A stretch of DNA of 64,000 nucleotides from a virus. Taxonomy: Duplodnaviria > Caudoviricetes. A program made the translations under genes and the position numbers. Below, piece by piece: positions 40,743-51,865 of this stretch (positions are counted from its first letter, which is position 1; the number at the start of each line of letters is the position of its first letter). Location: IMG/VR virus record IMGVR_UViG_3300032007_000014. One strand, written 5' to 3'. Under the pieces are notes generated by a model. It was not told the origin of the DNA and did no database searches. It worked only from the letters and a program-made list of their open reading frames with translations.

Positions 40743-41624
40743 ATGGCTAACGAAAATTTTCTTCGTAACAAGTCCGAATTCGGTGCCGGTGAAGGTACCG
40801 TTGCGAACCTGCTTCAGGGCGCACAGCTCGGACTCGGCTTCAAGGCCGGTGCATTTGATGCTGCAACTCCTCTTGCGTTCCCGCCTGCTGTCATCGTGGT
40901 GATGCAGACTCCTTCTATGTACAAGGACCTGCCTGTGCTGGCTCAGACCATCAAGGCCATGTTCGAGTGCCATGCGAAGAGCGTCACCGGTATCGACGTC
41001 AGCTACACTGTCGAATCCTCCGGTCAGCCGGTTGGACACGACGGTCAGGAACTCGTCGTCCCCACCAAGACCAAACGTACTGCACCTTCTCCCACCTTTG
41101 TGTGGCCTGAAGTTCTCGGCAACCTGGTCTGGAACATCATCAAGCGCTGGTGCTGGGATATGAACGATCCCGACACGAACGCCGGCATGGAATTCCTGGA
41201 CAATCCGGATCCGTACACTCTGTCGAGCTATGCTCTGTCCTTCATGAGCATTCAGTTTGACCAGACCATGATTCCGGATCGCATCATCGATGGTGCCTTC
41301 TTCACCAACGTGTTCCCGCAAGGAACCAACGAATTGGGTATGAAGCGTGAAATCGGTCAGACTGCTGTTCAGGAGCGTTCGATCACCTTCAACGCGTATC
41401 AGATCCACAACAACAAGACCCGCGAGATTGCGATTGCGCTGGCCACTGAAATGAGCCTCCGCAACAACAATTACATCAGCGCTGCTCCGAAAGCGAGCAA
41501 GGTTGATGGCCTGATCAAGGACAACGGTCTGATTGAAGATCTGAAGAACCTGCAGGCTGATTCGGCCATCGCCGCATCTGATGACACTGGAGCCAACTGG
41601 AGCAAGACTGCACCGACGGCATAA
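40743..41624 (+). CDS. tail tube protein (phiKZ gp30-like)
   Basis: Directly follows the sheath gene; ECHAKSVTGID, GHDGQ and PTF.WPE..GN motifs. Confidence 0.85.
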   Translation: MANENFLRNKSEFGAGEGTVANLLQGAQLGLGFKAGAFDAATPLAFPPAVIVVMQTPSMYKDLPVLAQTIKAMFECHAKSVTGIDVSYTVESSGQPVGHDGQELVVPTKTKRTAPSPTFVWPEVLGNLVWNIIKRWCWDMNDPDTNAGMEFLDNPDPYTLSSYALSFMSIQFDQTMIPDRIIDGAFFTNVFPQGTNELGMKREIGQTAVQERSITFNAYQIHNNKTREIAIALATEMSLRNNNYISAAPKASKVDGLIKDNGLIEDLKNLQADSAIAASDDTGANWSKTAPTA

Positions 41625-41656
41625 GTCGAATCGGAATATATCGAACAAAAGGAATA

Positions 41657-41690
41657 CATCACCATCCAGGAGTACTCCTGGATGGTGATG
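41657..41690. terminator. perfect 34-bp palindrome between convergent tube and portal genes
   Basis: CATCACCATCCAGGAGT|ACTCCTGGATGGTGATG. Confidence 0.75.
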
Positions 41691-41708
41691 ATCCTTATCT
41701 TTTGTTTA

Positions 41709-44207
41709 TCAGTACCCGTCACCACCACCGTCAGATGGAGGTTGGACTTCACCCTTATGCAACTTCGCCATATTCTCGATACGACGTTTTGCATTCAACA
41801 GGAATGTAACATTCTGGAGGATGTCATCCGTGAGTGCTTCATCCGTTGTTGGGATAGATGCAATCTCATGGAATCCGACCTTTCCAAGGAAATCTCTCAG
41901 AATGTTTCCAACAATGACAGCACGCAGTGATGCAAGATAACTACTCGCATCTGAATCACCTGCTGCAATATCATCCGGGAAGATCTTCTCAACGAGATTC
42001 TGCACGGAATCCATATAAGCATTGATTTCTTCATGCTGTGCCTTGGAAATAGCCACATTCGGAGTCGGAAGATTGACTTCGATAGCAGCGACCACTTCAG
42101 CCAACTTTGCATTGGTTGAATTGTTGGATTGGTCTGCTTCAGGCGGTGCATTGTCTTTGACAGACTTGTCAAGACCGGTGCCTTGATCACGCAAAATCTT
42201 CTTGATTTCTTCAAGCAAACCGTGGTGAGCGCACACATAATTGGTGGCAAATTTCTTATTGAACGGTTTGATAGTGTTCTGCCATTTCCTGACAGAATTT
42301 GAGAAGAACAAGTTCGATTGTGCGACAGATCTTGAATACTCGGTTTCACCGAGCTGGTTCAGTGCGGATGGAGGAACCAACAAACCAAGTCCTGCCATGT
42401 TGTTGAGTAACTCAAGCAACTCCGTATCCGGAGCGGAAGAATTACCATAACGAGAATCCACATTCACGGACAAATCATCCGTTGTTCCAGCAATAGCTTT
42501 CGGTGTGATTGTCACATGTTGATTGAGAATGGATTCTGCCGCGATGGAGGGATTGGTTGTGAATGATGGTGCGTATTTGGTGAGGAATGCACGACGAACA
42601 TTCTCAAGAGTTTCCAATGGATTCTTGTTCTGTTCATCGATATTGACTTCAATGGTACGATGCTTGGTTGCATTGTCGACAGCAGCCATAACCTTGGCAA
42701 TTGTCAACGTTGTACGCAGAGCAAGGATGAAATCAATATCCTCAAGGAAGGTCTTTCCTGTACCATCGTCACGATGATCAAAACGATAGTACACCATCAT
42801 GGGTTCTGGAACGAACACAAGACGAACTTTTGTCTTGGCGAGCAAGTTGAAGAAGATGCTCTTGCCCACCGCATTGTGAAGTTCCACATTCAGTCCGGTC
42901 AGACCTTCTTCTTTCAATTTCGATGAAAGAAGTTTGTTCACCGCGACTGCAAACACCTGAGATATGGCTTCAACAGTCTGTGCTTGATTCATACTGGACT
43001 TCATATCGAAAGTCTGCATGATTTGGTTGCCGTACATAGAACGTGCAGCATTATAAGCCATACGTTCCACACCACCACCAAGTCCTCCATTGAAAGCATA
43101 TTCTCCTTGAGCAGGCTGACCATTCTCATCAATGACCACCCAGTAACCAATGTGGTTGGTCACGTCTCTTGGAGTGCAAACAGGAATGACTGCATCAGAT
43201 GGAATCTCAAGAACAATAGGCATATCACCTTTATCAACATCAATGACATCGGAAATGGTGAACACACCAAGATTGCTCCGTCGTTCTTGCGAACCAGGAA
43301 CGAATCCATCGAATTGTTTGGCGGCTTCTTTCGCCAATTTGGTGATGCGTCTCTCTTGTGCTTCTTTTGCTTTGGTGAGGTACTTGAGATTCTTGGTGAC
43401 TGTAATGCACTGATTGCCAGTACTCAAGATGTCGAAGTTGTGTTTCACCAGATCATTGACCATCTTGGTTCTGTCCTGATCAGACATGGATTCAAAACCC
43501 ATGTGTTCAACCAAGGATTCAACTGCAGTTGTCACATCTTCACCGCAGATAAGATTCTTCAGTGATTCGTTCGACTCGTACAGAACCTCAACACTTGCAT
43601 CGGATTTGGAATCACCAAACAATTCAGCAGCGGTTGGATCGAATGTGTCAGCAACTTCATTGAGAACGTCAACTTGTTTCTTTGGAAGAACAATGATGGG
43701 TCTCGCGCCTTCTTCGAAACCAGTGATCTCCAACCATCTCGTAAGTTTTGGACCAAGATGGAATACATCATTGAAGTGATCGTTCAGCAATGCGGAAATC
43801 TTGGTATTGATGTCATCTGACAGCGTTGGAACATCAACGGATACCGACACAAGATCAGTCTGCATGTCAGTAGGACTGATGATCGAAGAGATGATGATCT
43901 GTTCCGCTTGTTTGATTTCAGGAGCAATGATCTTGATGTTTTTCAGATGTTCAATCGTCTGTCTCGTACTGGATGACACAGATTGAAGATAGGAGAGAAT
44001 GTTTTCTGGTTTCCACTGCGGATTGACTTGTTCTTGTTTGCTCAATCCAGGCATGTGGTGGAGTTCTTGAGTGGTGTACATTCCATAATGGATATTCTGT
44101 TTCGGAAGTCCATTTGGTTTGTTGGAAATCGCTCGAGAATTCGTGATACCGAAGAACTGCATAATGCGCCCAACGGTACGTTTTGTCAAATTATCGCCGT
44201 CTGCCAT
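41709..44207 (-). CDS. portal protein (phiKZ gp129-like)
   Basis: ISSIISPTD, IPSDAVIPV, HIGY..IDENG, Y..D...GTGK and EYSRS...NL motifs; divergent from the gp128/127-like genes. Confidence 0.75.
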   Translation of the reverse strand: MADGDNLTKRTVGRIMQFFGITNSRAISNKPNGLPKQNIHYGMYTTQELHHMPGLSKQEQVNPQWKPENILSYLQSVSSSTRQTIEHLKNIKIIAPEIKQAEQIIISSIISPTDMQTDLVSVSVDVPTLSDDINTKISALLNDHFNDVFHLGPKLTRWLEITGFEEGARPIIVLPKKQVDVLNEVADTFDPTAAELFGDSKSDASVEVLYESNESLKNLICGEDVTTAVESLVEHMGFESMSDQDRTKMVNDLVKHNFDILSTGNQCITVTKNLKYLTKAKEAQERRITKLAKEAAKQFDGFVPGSQERRSNLGVFTISDVIDVDKGDMPIVLEIPSDAVIPVCTPRDVTNHIGYWVVIDENGQPAQGEYAFNGGLGGGVERMAYNAARSMYGNQIMQTFDMKSSMNQAQTVEAISQVFAVAVNKLLSSKLKEEGLTGLNVELHNAVGKSIFFNLLAKTKVRLVFVPEPMMVYYRFDHRDDGTGKTFLEDIDFILALRTTLTIAKVMAAVDNATKHRTIEVNIDEQNKNPLETLENVRRAFLTKYAPSFTTNPSIAAESILNQHVTITPKAIAGTTDDLSVNVDSRYGNSSAPDTELLELLNNMAGLGLLVPPSALNQLGETEYSRSVAQSNLFFSNSVRKWQNTIKPFNKKFATNYVCAHHGLLEEIKKILRDQGTGLDKSVKDNAPPEADQSNNSTNAKLAEVVAAIEVNLPTPNVAISKAQHEEINAYMDSVQNLVEKIFPDDIAAGDSDASSYLASLRAVIVGNILRDFLGKVGFHEIASIPTTDEALTDDILQNVTFLLNAKRRIENMAKLHKGEVQPPSDGGGDGY

Positions 44208-44254
44208 GATATGTTAATCCTTTAAGTTAAGTTAATTTCAAAAGGAACGTTCAC

Positions 44255-47200
44255 ATGCTTCTTAGTCGAATTGCCAATAAGGAGATCATAAACTTCCTAC
44301 AGACAGTGACGATCAAGAACAAATACTTTGCTCAGCAAATGCTTGAGCTCAAAGTAAAAGACAATGTTCAAGATTTCCTGCCGGAAGAATACAATCCTTA
44401 CTACCGCCATCTCAATGGTGAGTACATTCTCGACGAAAGAACGGCTGAACTTACACATTCTGTTGTCAATCCAACAACTGGGTTGGCAGAAACACAGACA
44501 ATCGCAGCGCATGTTAAGATCGGTGACGATGTTATCATGTGTAACAGTGAAGTGTACAAGCCGGATCATTTCGATGAGCTTATGTACATCACGTCTCTCG
44601 ATACGCAAACGACAATTCCGTTCACAAAGGAAAACCTTCATGCGGAATATGCGCTTGCAGCAGGGAGACCTGAGTCAAGCGTTCATAAGAAGACTCTCGC
44701 GAACTATAGACTTCCGAGCAGATATTACACTCTGCTCTGTGAGAAATATCCTTCGCAAGTCGATCTTATTAAGGCTATAGTATATCCAATCCCCAGTAAA
44801 TCGGCGGCTATTTCCGCCGATAATTACACTGCTTTGTCGTATGACGACACATTGCTGAATGACAATGAGAGAGTTTCTCTTGTCTCCAGAATGAAGGGAT
44901 TGCTCGATGTCATTAGATATCGATGGGATGTAAAGGAATATGCCTTCGAAGAGCATTACCCAATGGTTGTGTGGGGAATGATTTGGAATCTCCTGATCAC
45001 TCATTTGAGAGCACAGAGATTCATCAATATCCGCACACCGAACGCGCACCCACTTCATATTTGGGAGTATCTCAACTCTCATGGATTGGGTGAGTATCGT
45101 GGTTATCTCTCATCGACACAGGAGATGTTCCTCTACAGAAACCTCAGATATATTCTCGCCAATAGAGGAAAACAAAGCACTCTTAATATTCTCATTGATG
45201 AACTTCTCAATGAGAGTGGAATTGATCTGAAAGCAAAGACAATTGTTCTCGATACATCCAGAGTTCTGGATGGTGAGACAGTTGCTGGTAGCGCAGGATC
45301 TCAATGCGCAAATTGCTCACGACGTGTTGTCTGTAACAAGAAGATTACCTCTTATACTTGTCCGGACTACATCGGTCTTGACGATATGTGCAAACCTGTT
45401 CCTGTTGTACTCACAGAAGAATTTGCTGGAAGTAACAAACTTAAAATCTATGATATTCTTCAATCTGACTACGGATACTCCTACGATGAAGCTGTTGAGA
45501 AATACAACAGATCATTCCTGTGGAGAGACAAGGAAATTGAAGAGATCAAAGAACGTCTCGATAGAGATCAAGTTGTTGACGTATCTGCAGAAACAGAAAG
45601 TCTGGACAACTTGATTGCACGCGAACATCGAGAAGGTTTGGAACCTGAGTACAACAGCGATGTTGTTGAAGAACAATTCAATACACTTCGTCACATTCCT
45701 GCAACTTGGTTACCAACCAAGCTTCTTGAAATGCAGAAGATCTCATTCAATCCGAAGTATTTCGAATTGATGAATCAGTTTGTGACGCACACTCTGTTGC
45801 GTCTTGCATCAAAACGTAGGTGTAATATCACCTATCGTTTCAAAGTGACTGACGAATCCGCTGAATCTGTTCTCGGATTCAACGAAATGCTCGCATCTCT
45901 GTATCTCGGCACACTTCGTGCAAACAATGCAATCTTGATCAGAGATGATGTCAAACCACCTCTTGTCAATTGGAGCAACAGACAAAGCAACAACCTTTGT
46001 GCATTGTGTGAAAACAATTGTGCGATCGCAACTGTTGACTCTACTGGTGCAACCAATTACGAAGTGGCTATTCCAAACAAAGCGTTCGTCAACAGATCGT
46101 TCAAGTTTGGAAAACCTGTCACACAAGAAGCACTTGAGAAGAGTGTGATGTTTGAGATGTCTGAGGATGATCTTGCAACTCTCGATGAACTCGGATATCC
46201 GAACAAATATCTCTTCGAGTTCAACAACACTTTGTATATATCAGAGAAGGTTGAACGAACCGATGAAACCGATCAGTGTGCGACATGTTCTCGTAAGAAC
46301 TATTGTTCAAAACAACTGACAACACTCTGTGATGAATATAAGTCAACAGCTCGTGTTCTCACAAGTGTCGAGAAAGCAATCGGTACAGATGGAACTATCA
46401 ATTACGCTGTTATGAATGACGGTGATGAAATTGCTGTCATTCCAACGTACTTCAAGTGGCATAACAAACACCTGTATGCTGAGAATGCAACAAGTGATTC
46501 AATTCATGCTGTTGAGATACGTGAACGTCAAGTATACAGTTTGAATGATGGTTCAGAAGCTATCTTTGGATCGCTCTACATGTTCTACGACGATGCTCTG
46601 CAAGATGAAGGTCAAGTTTACAAGATCAGTTCATTTGTGGACGTCGACGAGATCATAGAGAAGTATACTCCGATCATAAGGACAATCACTTCTCAAGAGG
46701 ATCTGGGTGCATATCTGTACAACATGTTCGATCTGATCAGATCGATGCAACAATACGTTCTTGGTTCTGGTGATACATTGGTTCACCTTGCCATGAGAGA
46801 AGTGTTGATATCTCTGCTTTACGGTGGAAGAATCAACATGGATCTTGTAACAACTCCCAAGAACTCAGTCACAGCGGATGGGAGTATTGTTGCAACGTAC
46901 AGTGATTGGCTTGCATCAAACAAAGACTCATTGTTAGTCTTTAGATCTCTCGACAATATGGCTGATTCCAGAACAGCTTGGAATGAATACACCAATGTCA
47001 TTCTTGATGAATTGCTTGCTCAGAGCAACCTCCCATATACAGAGACAAGCAATGACAGTATCAAATACGCCAAGCTTAAGGAATTGGTTGTCAGACTGAG
47101 CAGTTACAACATCAACATCATTGACACGAACAATGATGCAACAGCGTGTGTTACGTTCGTTCCAGTTACGAACAATGACACTGATCGTGTTGTGACATTG

Positions 47201-47671
47201 ACACATCCTGTATTTGTCGATATTCCATGTCCTGAAGTCAAACGTCCGTATGCAGCACATGCTTCTATTACAGAAGCAGTGAACATCGATACCGACACTC
47301 CATATCAAGTATCCTATTTCAAAGGAAAATGGTACGAGAGAGCAGGTACATTGGAAGAGTACTACGAGACTCTCCCAGCATCGGAAGCTGATTACGATTC
47401 CATCACATATGACGAACACCGCAATGTCACATCCTACACAAAGAAAGTCCTCAAGACAAGAGTTGTGTGGGAGGATTGGACTGAACTCGTTCCTCAGACT
47501 GAAGAACAGGATGCCAATCTCAAAGAACGTGTTATTGGTTCGTACTATGAGATCGAAACTGGACATGACGAACATTTCTACGCCGTCGCACAGGAGAATG
47601 TTGGAAAGAACGAAATCATCCTGTTTGACAATGAAAACAAAATCATAGCAGAGGAAGATAACAATGAGTGA
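44255..47671 (+). CDS. virion structural/baseplate protein (phiKZ gp128-like), enlarged by Cys-rich insertions
   Basis: YYRHLNGEY, SLDT, YP.Q..LI, HIWEYLNSHG, LYRNLRY, GKQ.T and LSSY motifs. Confidence 0.65.
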   Translation: MLLSRIANKEIINFLQTVTIKNKYFAQQMLELKVKDNVQDFLPEEYNPYYRHLNGEYILDERTAELTHSVVNPTTGLAETQTIAAHVKIGDDVIMCNSEVYKPDHFDELMYITSLDTQTTIPFTKENLHAEYALAAGRPESSVHKKTLANYRLPSRYYTLLCEKYPSQVDLIKAIVYPIPSKSAAISADNYTALSYDDTLLNDNERVSLVSRMKGLLDVIRYRWDVKEYAFEEHYPMVVWGMIWNLLITHLRAQRFINIRTPNAHPLHIWEYLNSHGLGEYRGYLSSTQEMFLYRNLRYILANRGKQSTLNILIDELLNESGIDLKAKTIVLDTSRVLDGETVAGSAGSQCANCSRRVVCNKKITSYTCPDYIGLDDMCKPVPVVLTEEFAGSNKLKIYDILQSDYGYSYDEAVEKYNRSFLWRDKEIEEIKERLDRDQVVDVSAETESLDNLIAREHREGLEPEYNSDVVEEQFNTLRHIPATWLPTKLLEMQKISFNPKYFELMNQFVTHTLLRLASKRRCNITYRFKVTDESAESVLGFNEMLASLYLGTLRANNAILIRDDVKPPLVNWSNRQSNNLCALCENNCAIATVDSTGATNYEVAIPNKAFVNRSFKFGKPVTQEALEKSVMFEMSEDDLATLDELGYPNKYLFEFNNTLYISEKVERTDETDQCATCSRKNYCSKQLTTLCDEYKSTARVLTSVEKAIGTDGTINYAVMNDGDEIAVIPTYFKWHNKHLYAENATSDSIHAVEIRERQVYSLNDGSEAIFGSLYMFYDDALQDEGQVYKISSFVDVDEIIEKYTPIIRTITSQEDLGAYLYNMFDLIRSMQQYVLGSGDTLVHLAMREVLISLLYGGRINMDLVTTPKNSVTADGSIVATYSDWLASNKDSLLVFRSLDNMADSRTAWNEYTNVILDELLAQSNLPYTETSNDSIKYAKLKELVVRLSSYNINIIDTNNDATACVTFVPVTNNDTDRVVTLTHPVFVDIPCPEVKRPYAAHASITEAVNIDTDTPYQVSYFKGKWYERAGTLEEYYETLPASEADYDSITYDEHRNVTSYTKKVLKTRVVWEDWTELVPQTEEQDANLKERVIGSYYEIETGHDEHFYAVAQENVGKNEIILFDNENKIIAEEDNNE

Positions 47672-48488
47672 CACTGCTTTTCGTACAAGTATCAGTGTCC
47701 CGACACTGCTTGGTGTTATCAATCAGTTCCACGGGATCATGAACTTGTCGTACACGTATCGCCCCGACACCACAATCAACAAGAAACGTGGTGTATTCGC
47801 GGGCATACAGCCAACAAGAATCCCTGTTTGCAAATATTTCGGAATTGGTATCCGTGGATTTGCAAACATCTCATCGCAGGACAACCTGGCGCAGCCGTAC
47901 TACCCGTCTCCTGAAAACCAGGACCTGTACGAACCAATTCCTTTCAGGTGTGTTCCTGAAAGACTGTCCTCTACTGAGGAAGCGAAATACCGCATCCGCA
48001 CGACAGCCACCATCAATGGTCAGACGTATTACCAGTACTGGCTGAAGTGTATCGAGTTCGAGGACAGTTCTGTCAGAACCACACAGATTGACGGAGAAGG
48101 TCGTGAGATTCCTTACGTCATCGACTCCAACAATCTGAATCCAGTTCCTTCTCTTGCCAACAGCAGTGATGTTCTCAATGGTACAACTTCACGTATCGTT
48201 GCATCAGTTGTCGGCATCTGCGAAGTCACTGGAAAGGAAGTGGTTGAAGTGATCAACGCCATGTATGGTGGCGATCTCCGCAAAGCACGCATCAGTGAAT
48301 TCGGTGTGTACTCTGGTGAGGATTATGGTGTCACTGCAGAGGCAGACCCTGACGGCATCCCTTACACGGAAGCAGTTTATGTCCAGCTTGCTTCTCACAG
48401 ATGCACACTCGGAACTGATCTGAGCAATGAGTCTACCGTTCTTCGTGAACGCAAAGTGTTCGAGAACGGTTCTTGTGTTGTTCTGTAA
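47664..48488 (+). CDS. virion structural protein (phiKZ gp127-like)
   Basis: TTIN.K, YFGIG, LY.PIPFR, YWLK and ISEFG.YSGED motifs; overlaps the previous gene. Confidence 0.65.
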   Translation: MSDTAFRTSISVPTLLGVINQFHGIMNLSYTYRPDTTINKKRGVFAGIQPTRIPVCKYFGIGIRGFANISSQDNLAQPYYPSPENQDLYEPIPFRCVPERLSSTEEAKYRIRTTATINGQTYYQYWLKCIEFEDSSVRTTQIDGEGREIPYVIDSNNLNPVPSLANSSDVLNGTTSRIVASVVGICEVTGKEVVEVINAMYGGDLRKARISEFGVYSGEDYGVTAEADPDGIPYTEAVYVQLASHRCTLGTDLSNESTVLRERKVFENGSCVVL

Positions 48489-48559
48489 GGAACAAACAAA
48501 AAATAAAGAAAGATCCTAAGGTGGGGCTAGCCTTGCCCCACCTTAGGTTATTCTTTATT

Positions 48560-50251
48560 TTACCAGAACCGGCAATTGCCAGTCCAGATTCCTTGATCAG
48601 TTCCGATCCCGAAAAACACTTTGGTTGTGATCTCATCGTTCTCGAACAGCAGCGAATGCGTTGCACTCTGGAAGAACTTGTTGTCCATCTGCATGAAGAC
48701 ATGCATGGTTTCGAACAAGAAATACGAGAGGTCATTCATTGCCTTCTTGTAATACCGAGGATTCACTCTTCCTGCGTCGTCATAGAAGATAGCTTGTCCC
48801 GGATCAAGACTCGAGAATGTCACAACTTTCGGATGGAACATGACAGTGTATCTCGACACGAGTTCGCCGATGGCGACTTCATAGTCGGTCTTCGCCTGCT
48901 GTGCTCTCTTCGAGGGAGAGCCATTGACATGTTCTTTGGATGTCATGAACAGTTTGATGATATCAGGAACCGCGGCGTAGTTCACATCATCTTTCGTGAT
49001 GTATCTCGGACACATCTTGAAATAAGTTTCCAGATATTCGAGAGATACTTTCGGATCGATGATGTACTTCTTGAGATTCTCGATATACTGCGTGATGGCT
49101 TTCGCAACGATCACATTCAGATATTCATCGAACGAAGTGATTTCGTTGAAATCCTTCAATGTTGCGGCATCAAAGATGTTGGACCTTGCGGCCATATCTT
49201 CGATGATTCGGATGTTGTTGATATCCGCCATCGGAATCGTGTGCTTCTCATCACAGAGTTCGCCACAATTCATGTGTGAGTTGAACTCTTCGATCAAGAA
49301 CTTGAGGAACTCTCTGTTCAGTCCACTCGAATGTTTGTCGAGGATCTTGACAAGGGCACCGATGTTTCCGATACCTTTGCCTTTTCCAAGAATTCCTGTG
49401 GAGGTTCCGAGTTCTCTCGTGAACTCGTCCGCAAGATCTTGTACCTCTTTCATTCCGACTTCGAGCAGGACTGGTTCGAGATATCCAACACTGATCGTGT
49501 AGGAATCCACGTTCCTGAAGATACCAGGAATTGTCCGTATGGATTTCACAATCTCATCCGGATTCTGATACTTCAACGAAGACTCAACTGCGATCAGATG
49601 CAGATGGCGTTTGCCGTTCGAACGACGTGCATATTTTGCAGACACGTTCAATGTTCCGTTCTGAGAGAAGACTTTCTTCAAGTCATCGCTCTCCCATTCA
49701 GGCGGCGCCCAATCTTTGGATCCGACAGGTGCTTGTTTCTGAACGACAGGTTCCTGTTTCACTGCTGGTTGCTGTGGCTGGAACGCCGGTTGTGGTTGTC
49801 CGACAGGTTGCGGTGTCTGATTCAACATTGATGCATAGTCATTTCCAGTCCCGAGAAGAGTCTGGTTGTATCCACCTCCGTTGAATATGGATCCGCCACC
49901 ACCCATTGGCATCTGCGCACCATACATCCCCATGCCACCTCCGGTGAACATTGAAGATTGCATCATTGGATTCTGCATCATCATGGGCTGTTGCATATAC
50001 CCACCACTGCGGAGTCTCGAGATCTGTTTCGCAATGAAGTTGTTTTGCAGATCACTGATGATCTGTTGTTCAGTCAACTGCGGATACCGCAGAAGTGCTT
50101 GAACGTACACTTGCTTCAATTGCGGATAATTCGAAGTGACGATGTTGTACTCCTGCTGCGTTATCATCCCGCGCTGAAGCATGGATGTTATCACAGTAGG
50201 AAAGTTCCGTTCCACCGCTTGCATATACGGTGTGTTGTTGATGTCCACCAT
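48560..50251 (-). CDS. hypothetical protein; positional candidate for phiKZ gp69 (PicA/Imp1)
   Basis: 563 aa with a Q/M/G-rich low-complexity segment; directly downstream of the gp68-like gene (gene order only). Confidence 0.45.
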   Translation of the reverse strand: MVDINNTPYMQAVERNFPTVITSMLQRGMITQQEYNIVTSNYPQLKQVYVQALLRYPQLTEQQIISDLQNNFIAKQISRLRSGGYMQQPMMMQNPMMQSSMFTGGGMGMYGAQMPMGGGGSIFNGGGYNQTLLGTGNDYASMLNQTPQPVGQPQPAFQPQQPAVKQEPVVQKQAPVGSKDWAPPEWESDDLKKVFSQNGTLNVSAKYARRSNGKRHLHLIAVESSLKYQNPDEIVKSIRTIPGIFRNVDSYTISVGYLEPVLLEVGMKEVQDLADEFTRELGTSTGILGKGKGIGNIGALVKILDKHSSGLNREFLKFLIEEFNSHMNCGELCDEKHTIPMADINNIRIIEDMAARSNIFDAATLKDFNEITSFDEYLNVIVAKAITQYIENLKKYIIDPKVSLEYLETYFKMCPRYITKDDVNYAAVPDIIKLFMTSKEHVNGSPSKRAQQAKTDYEVAIGELVSRYTVMFHPKVVTFSSLDPGQAIFYDDAGRVNPRYYKKAMNDLSYFLFETMHVFMQMDNKFFQSATHSLLFENDEITTKVFFGIGTDQGIWTGNCRFW

Positions 50252-50308
50252 GTATTGACCTCCTGTTTATCAATTATGGTTGTTCAATGATTCTGTGTGA
50301 AGGACGAG

Positions 50309-51865
50309 TTAGTCAAAAACGTCCTTGATTTCATCCGCGAAAGGCGGAGGAATAATGTTTCCATCTTCATCAATCTCGCAGAACGGATTCATGGAACCTG
50401 TTACAACGGGAGACGATGAAGGAATGTCAGTGATCGAAGTCACAATCAACTGACTTGGGTGTGCCTTGATGAGTCGTGCAGAAACCTTGGTAGATTTCTT
50501 TCCAGCTCTCACTGCTTCTGTTTCAATGGACTCCAGAGATATGAATCTCTTCAATCCAATTGCAAGAAGCCAATTGTCATTGTACAATGACGGGTTCGGA
50601 CGGAAGACTTGCGTCTTACCGATCCACGTGGCTTGTTGAGATGCGGATCGACAGAATGTCGATACTGCTTTCTGCGTCAACTTCTCCTGTTTCGAATTGA
50701 TGACGTTATACTGTCTGTGAGCAATGTCACGAACAATACTCGACATCAACTGATCAAGAGATCCGATCTTCTTGTTGTACAGATTAGTCGGATCGTACGT
50801 CACAATCAGATCGTCAATGTTGTAGAACATCCAGTACAACAGATCATAAATATCATTGACTGGAATGCCGATGTGTTCGAGTTGTTGCTTCGCAACCAGA
50901 TCGAGAAGAGGATCAGTCATTCTCAGATGCTTGTTTGCATTGTTGCAGAGCAACTTGTTCAAAGAATCCGCTGCACCGATATAACGTCCGAGTGTGGTCT
51001 TGTAATAATTCCCATCATCAGACATCACATCCGCTGGCGTAAACATTGTGTTCTCATTGAGGATCTTGATCATAGAAAGAACAACCCTGCGCTTATACAT
51101 GTCCTTCATGGACTCTTTGTTGATGCGCAAAAATGCTCCATTCTTTGTTTCAAAATACTCGTTCACCTGGTCAGCTGGATCATACTCATTCGTAATGATC
51201 AGCTCACCTGGTTCAAAATGATACCATGAAAGAGTTCCATGGAATCCTCTCTTACAGAAATGATACAGGATGAGCGGAATACGTTCGCTCTTCTTCCCTG
51301 CTCTCGAACCTTGATAGATCTTGGCTGTCACGATCAAATCCCAATAGAGTTGACCAGACATACCTTTCACTTTCATCTTGTCAGATTCACGACGACCGAA
51401 TGTCATCGGAACTCGCATGACTTTGACGATGACAGATCCATTATCGGTTCTGTTGATACCACCTTTTTCCACAATCGGAAATTGCGGGAAATACTCCGTG
51501 TCGTTATACACAACACGGTCGTGGTGGAGATAAGGAATATGAATGTGGATATAATGACTGACACCTTCGAAAGAGAATTCATATCTCATCAGTGTCACTT
51601 CCGACTTTCTGATCGGTATGCCGCCTTTCAGAATCGGATTGCTGATGATATACTCGATCCTTTCAAGAGGATCCAATTCTCGATACCCGATATACTGCAT
51701 CTGGTTATCGAAGAACTGCATGCTTTGACGAAAACACTTGTCCAGATAGGCAGGAATTTCCGCAATTTTTCTCTTCCTGAAATCGTAAATCAAATCGTCG
51801 TTGAATGGACGCATGTCCTCAGCGACTCCCTTCATTATTCTTTGCCACATGTCAACTCCTGTCAT
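50309..51865 (-). CDS. non-virion RNA polymerase subunit (phiKZ gp68-like promoter-specificity subunit)
   Basis: PFN..L, Y.GYR...P.E, YEFSFEG..I.IPY, LY.K and C-terminal HPS...S.P...G.MNP motifs recalled from gp68 homologs. Confidence 0.7.
   Translation of the reverse strand: MTGVDMWQRIMKGVAEDMRPFNDDLIYDFRKRKIAEIPAYLDKCFRQSMQFFDNQMQYIGYRELDPLERIEYIISNPILKGGIPIRKSEVTLMRYEFSFEGVSHYIHIHIPYLHHDRVVYNDTEYFPQFPIVEKGGINRTDNGSVIVKVMRVPMTFGRRESDKMKVKGMSGQLYWDLIVTAKIYQGSRAGKKSERIPLILYHFCKRGFHGTLSWYHFEPGELIITNEYDPADQVNEYFETKNGAFLRINKESMKDMYKRRVVLSMIKILNENTMFTPADVMSDDGNYYKTTLGRYIGAADSLNKLLCNNANKHLRMTDPLLDLVAKQQLEHIGIPVNDIYDLLYWMFYNIDDLIVTYDPTNLYNKKIGSLDQLMSSIVRDIAHRQYNVINSKQEKLTQKAVSTFCRSASQQATWIGKTQVFRPNPSLYNDNWLLAIGLKRFISLESIETEAVRAGKKSTKVSARLIKAHPSQLIVTSITDIPSSSPVVTGSMNPFCEIDEDGNIIPPPFADEIKDVFD

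Noticed and set aside
38525-41648. 616-aa and 318-aa antisense ORFs opposite sheath and tube
   Set aside because: Same codon-bias shadow effect
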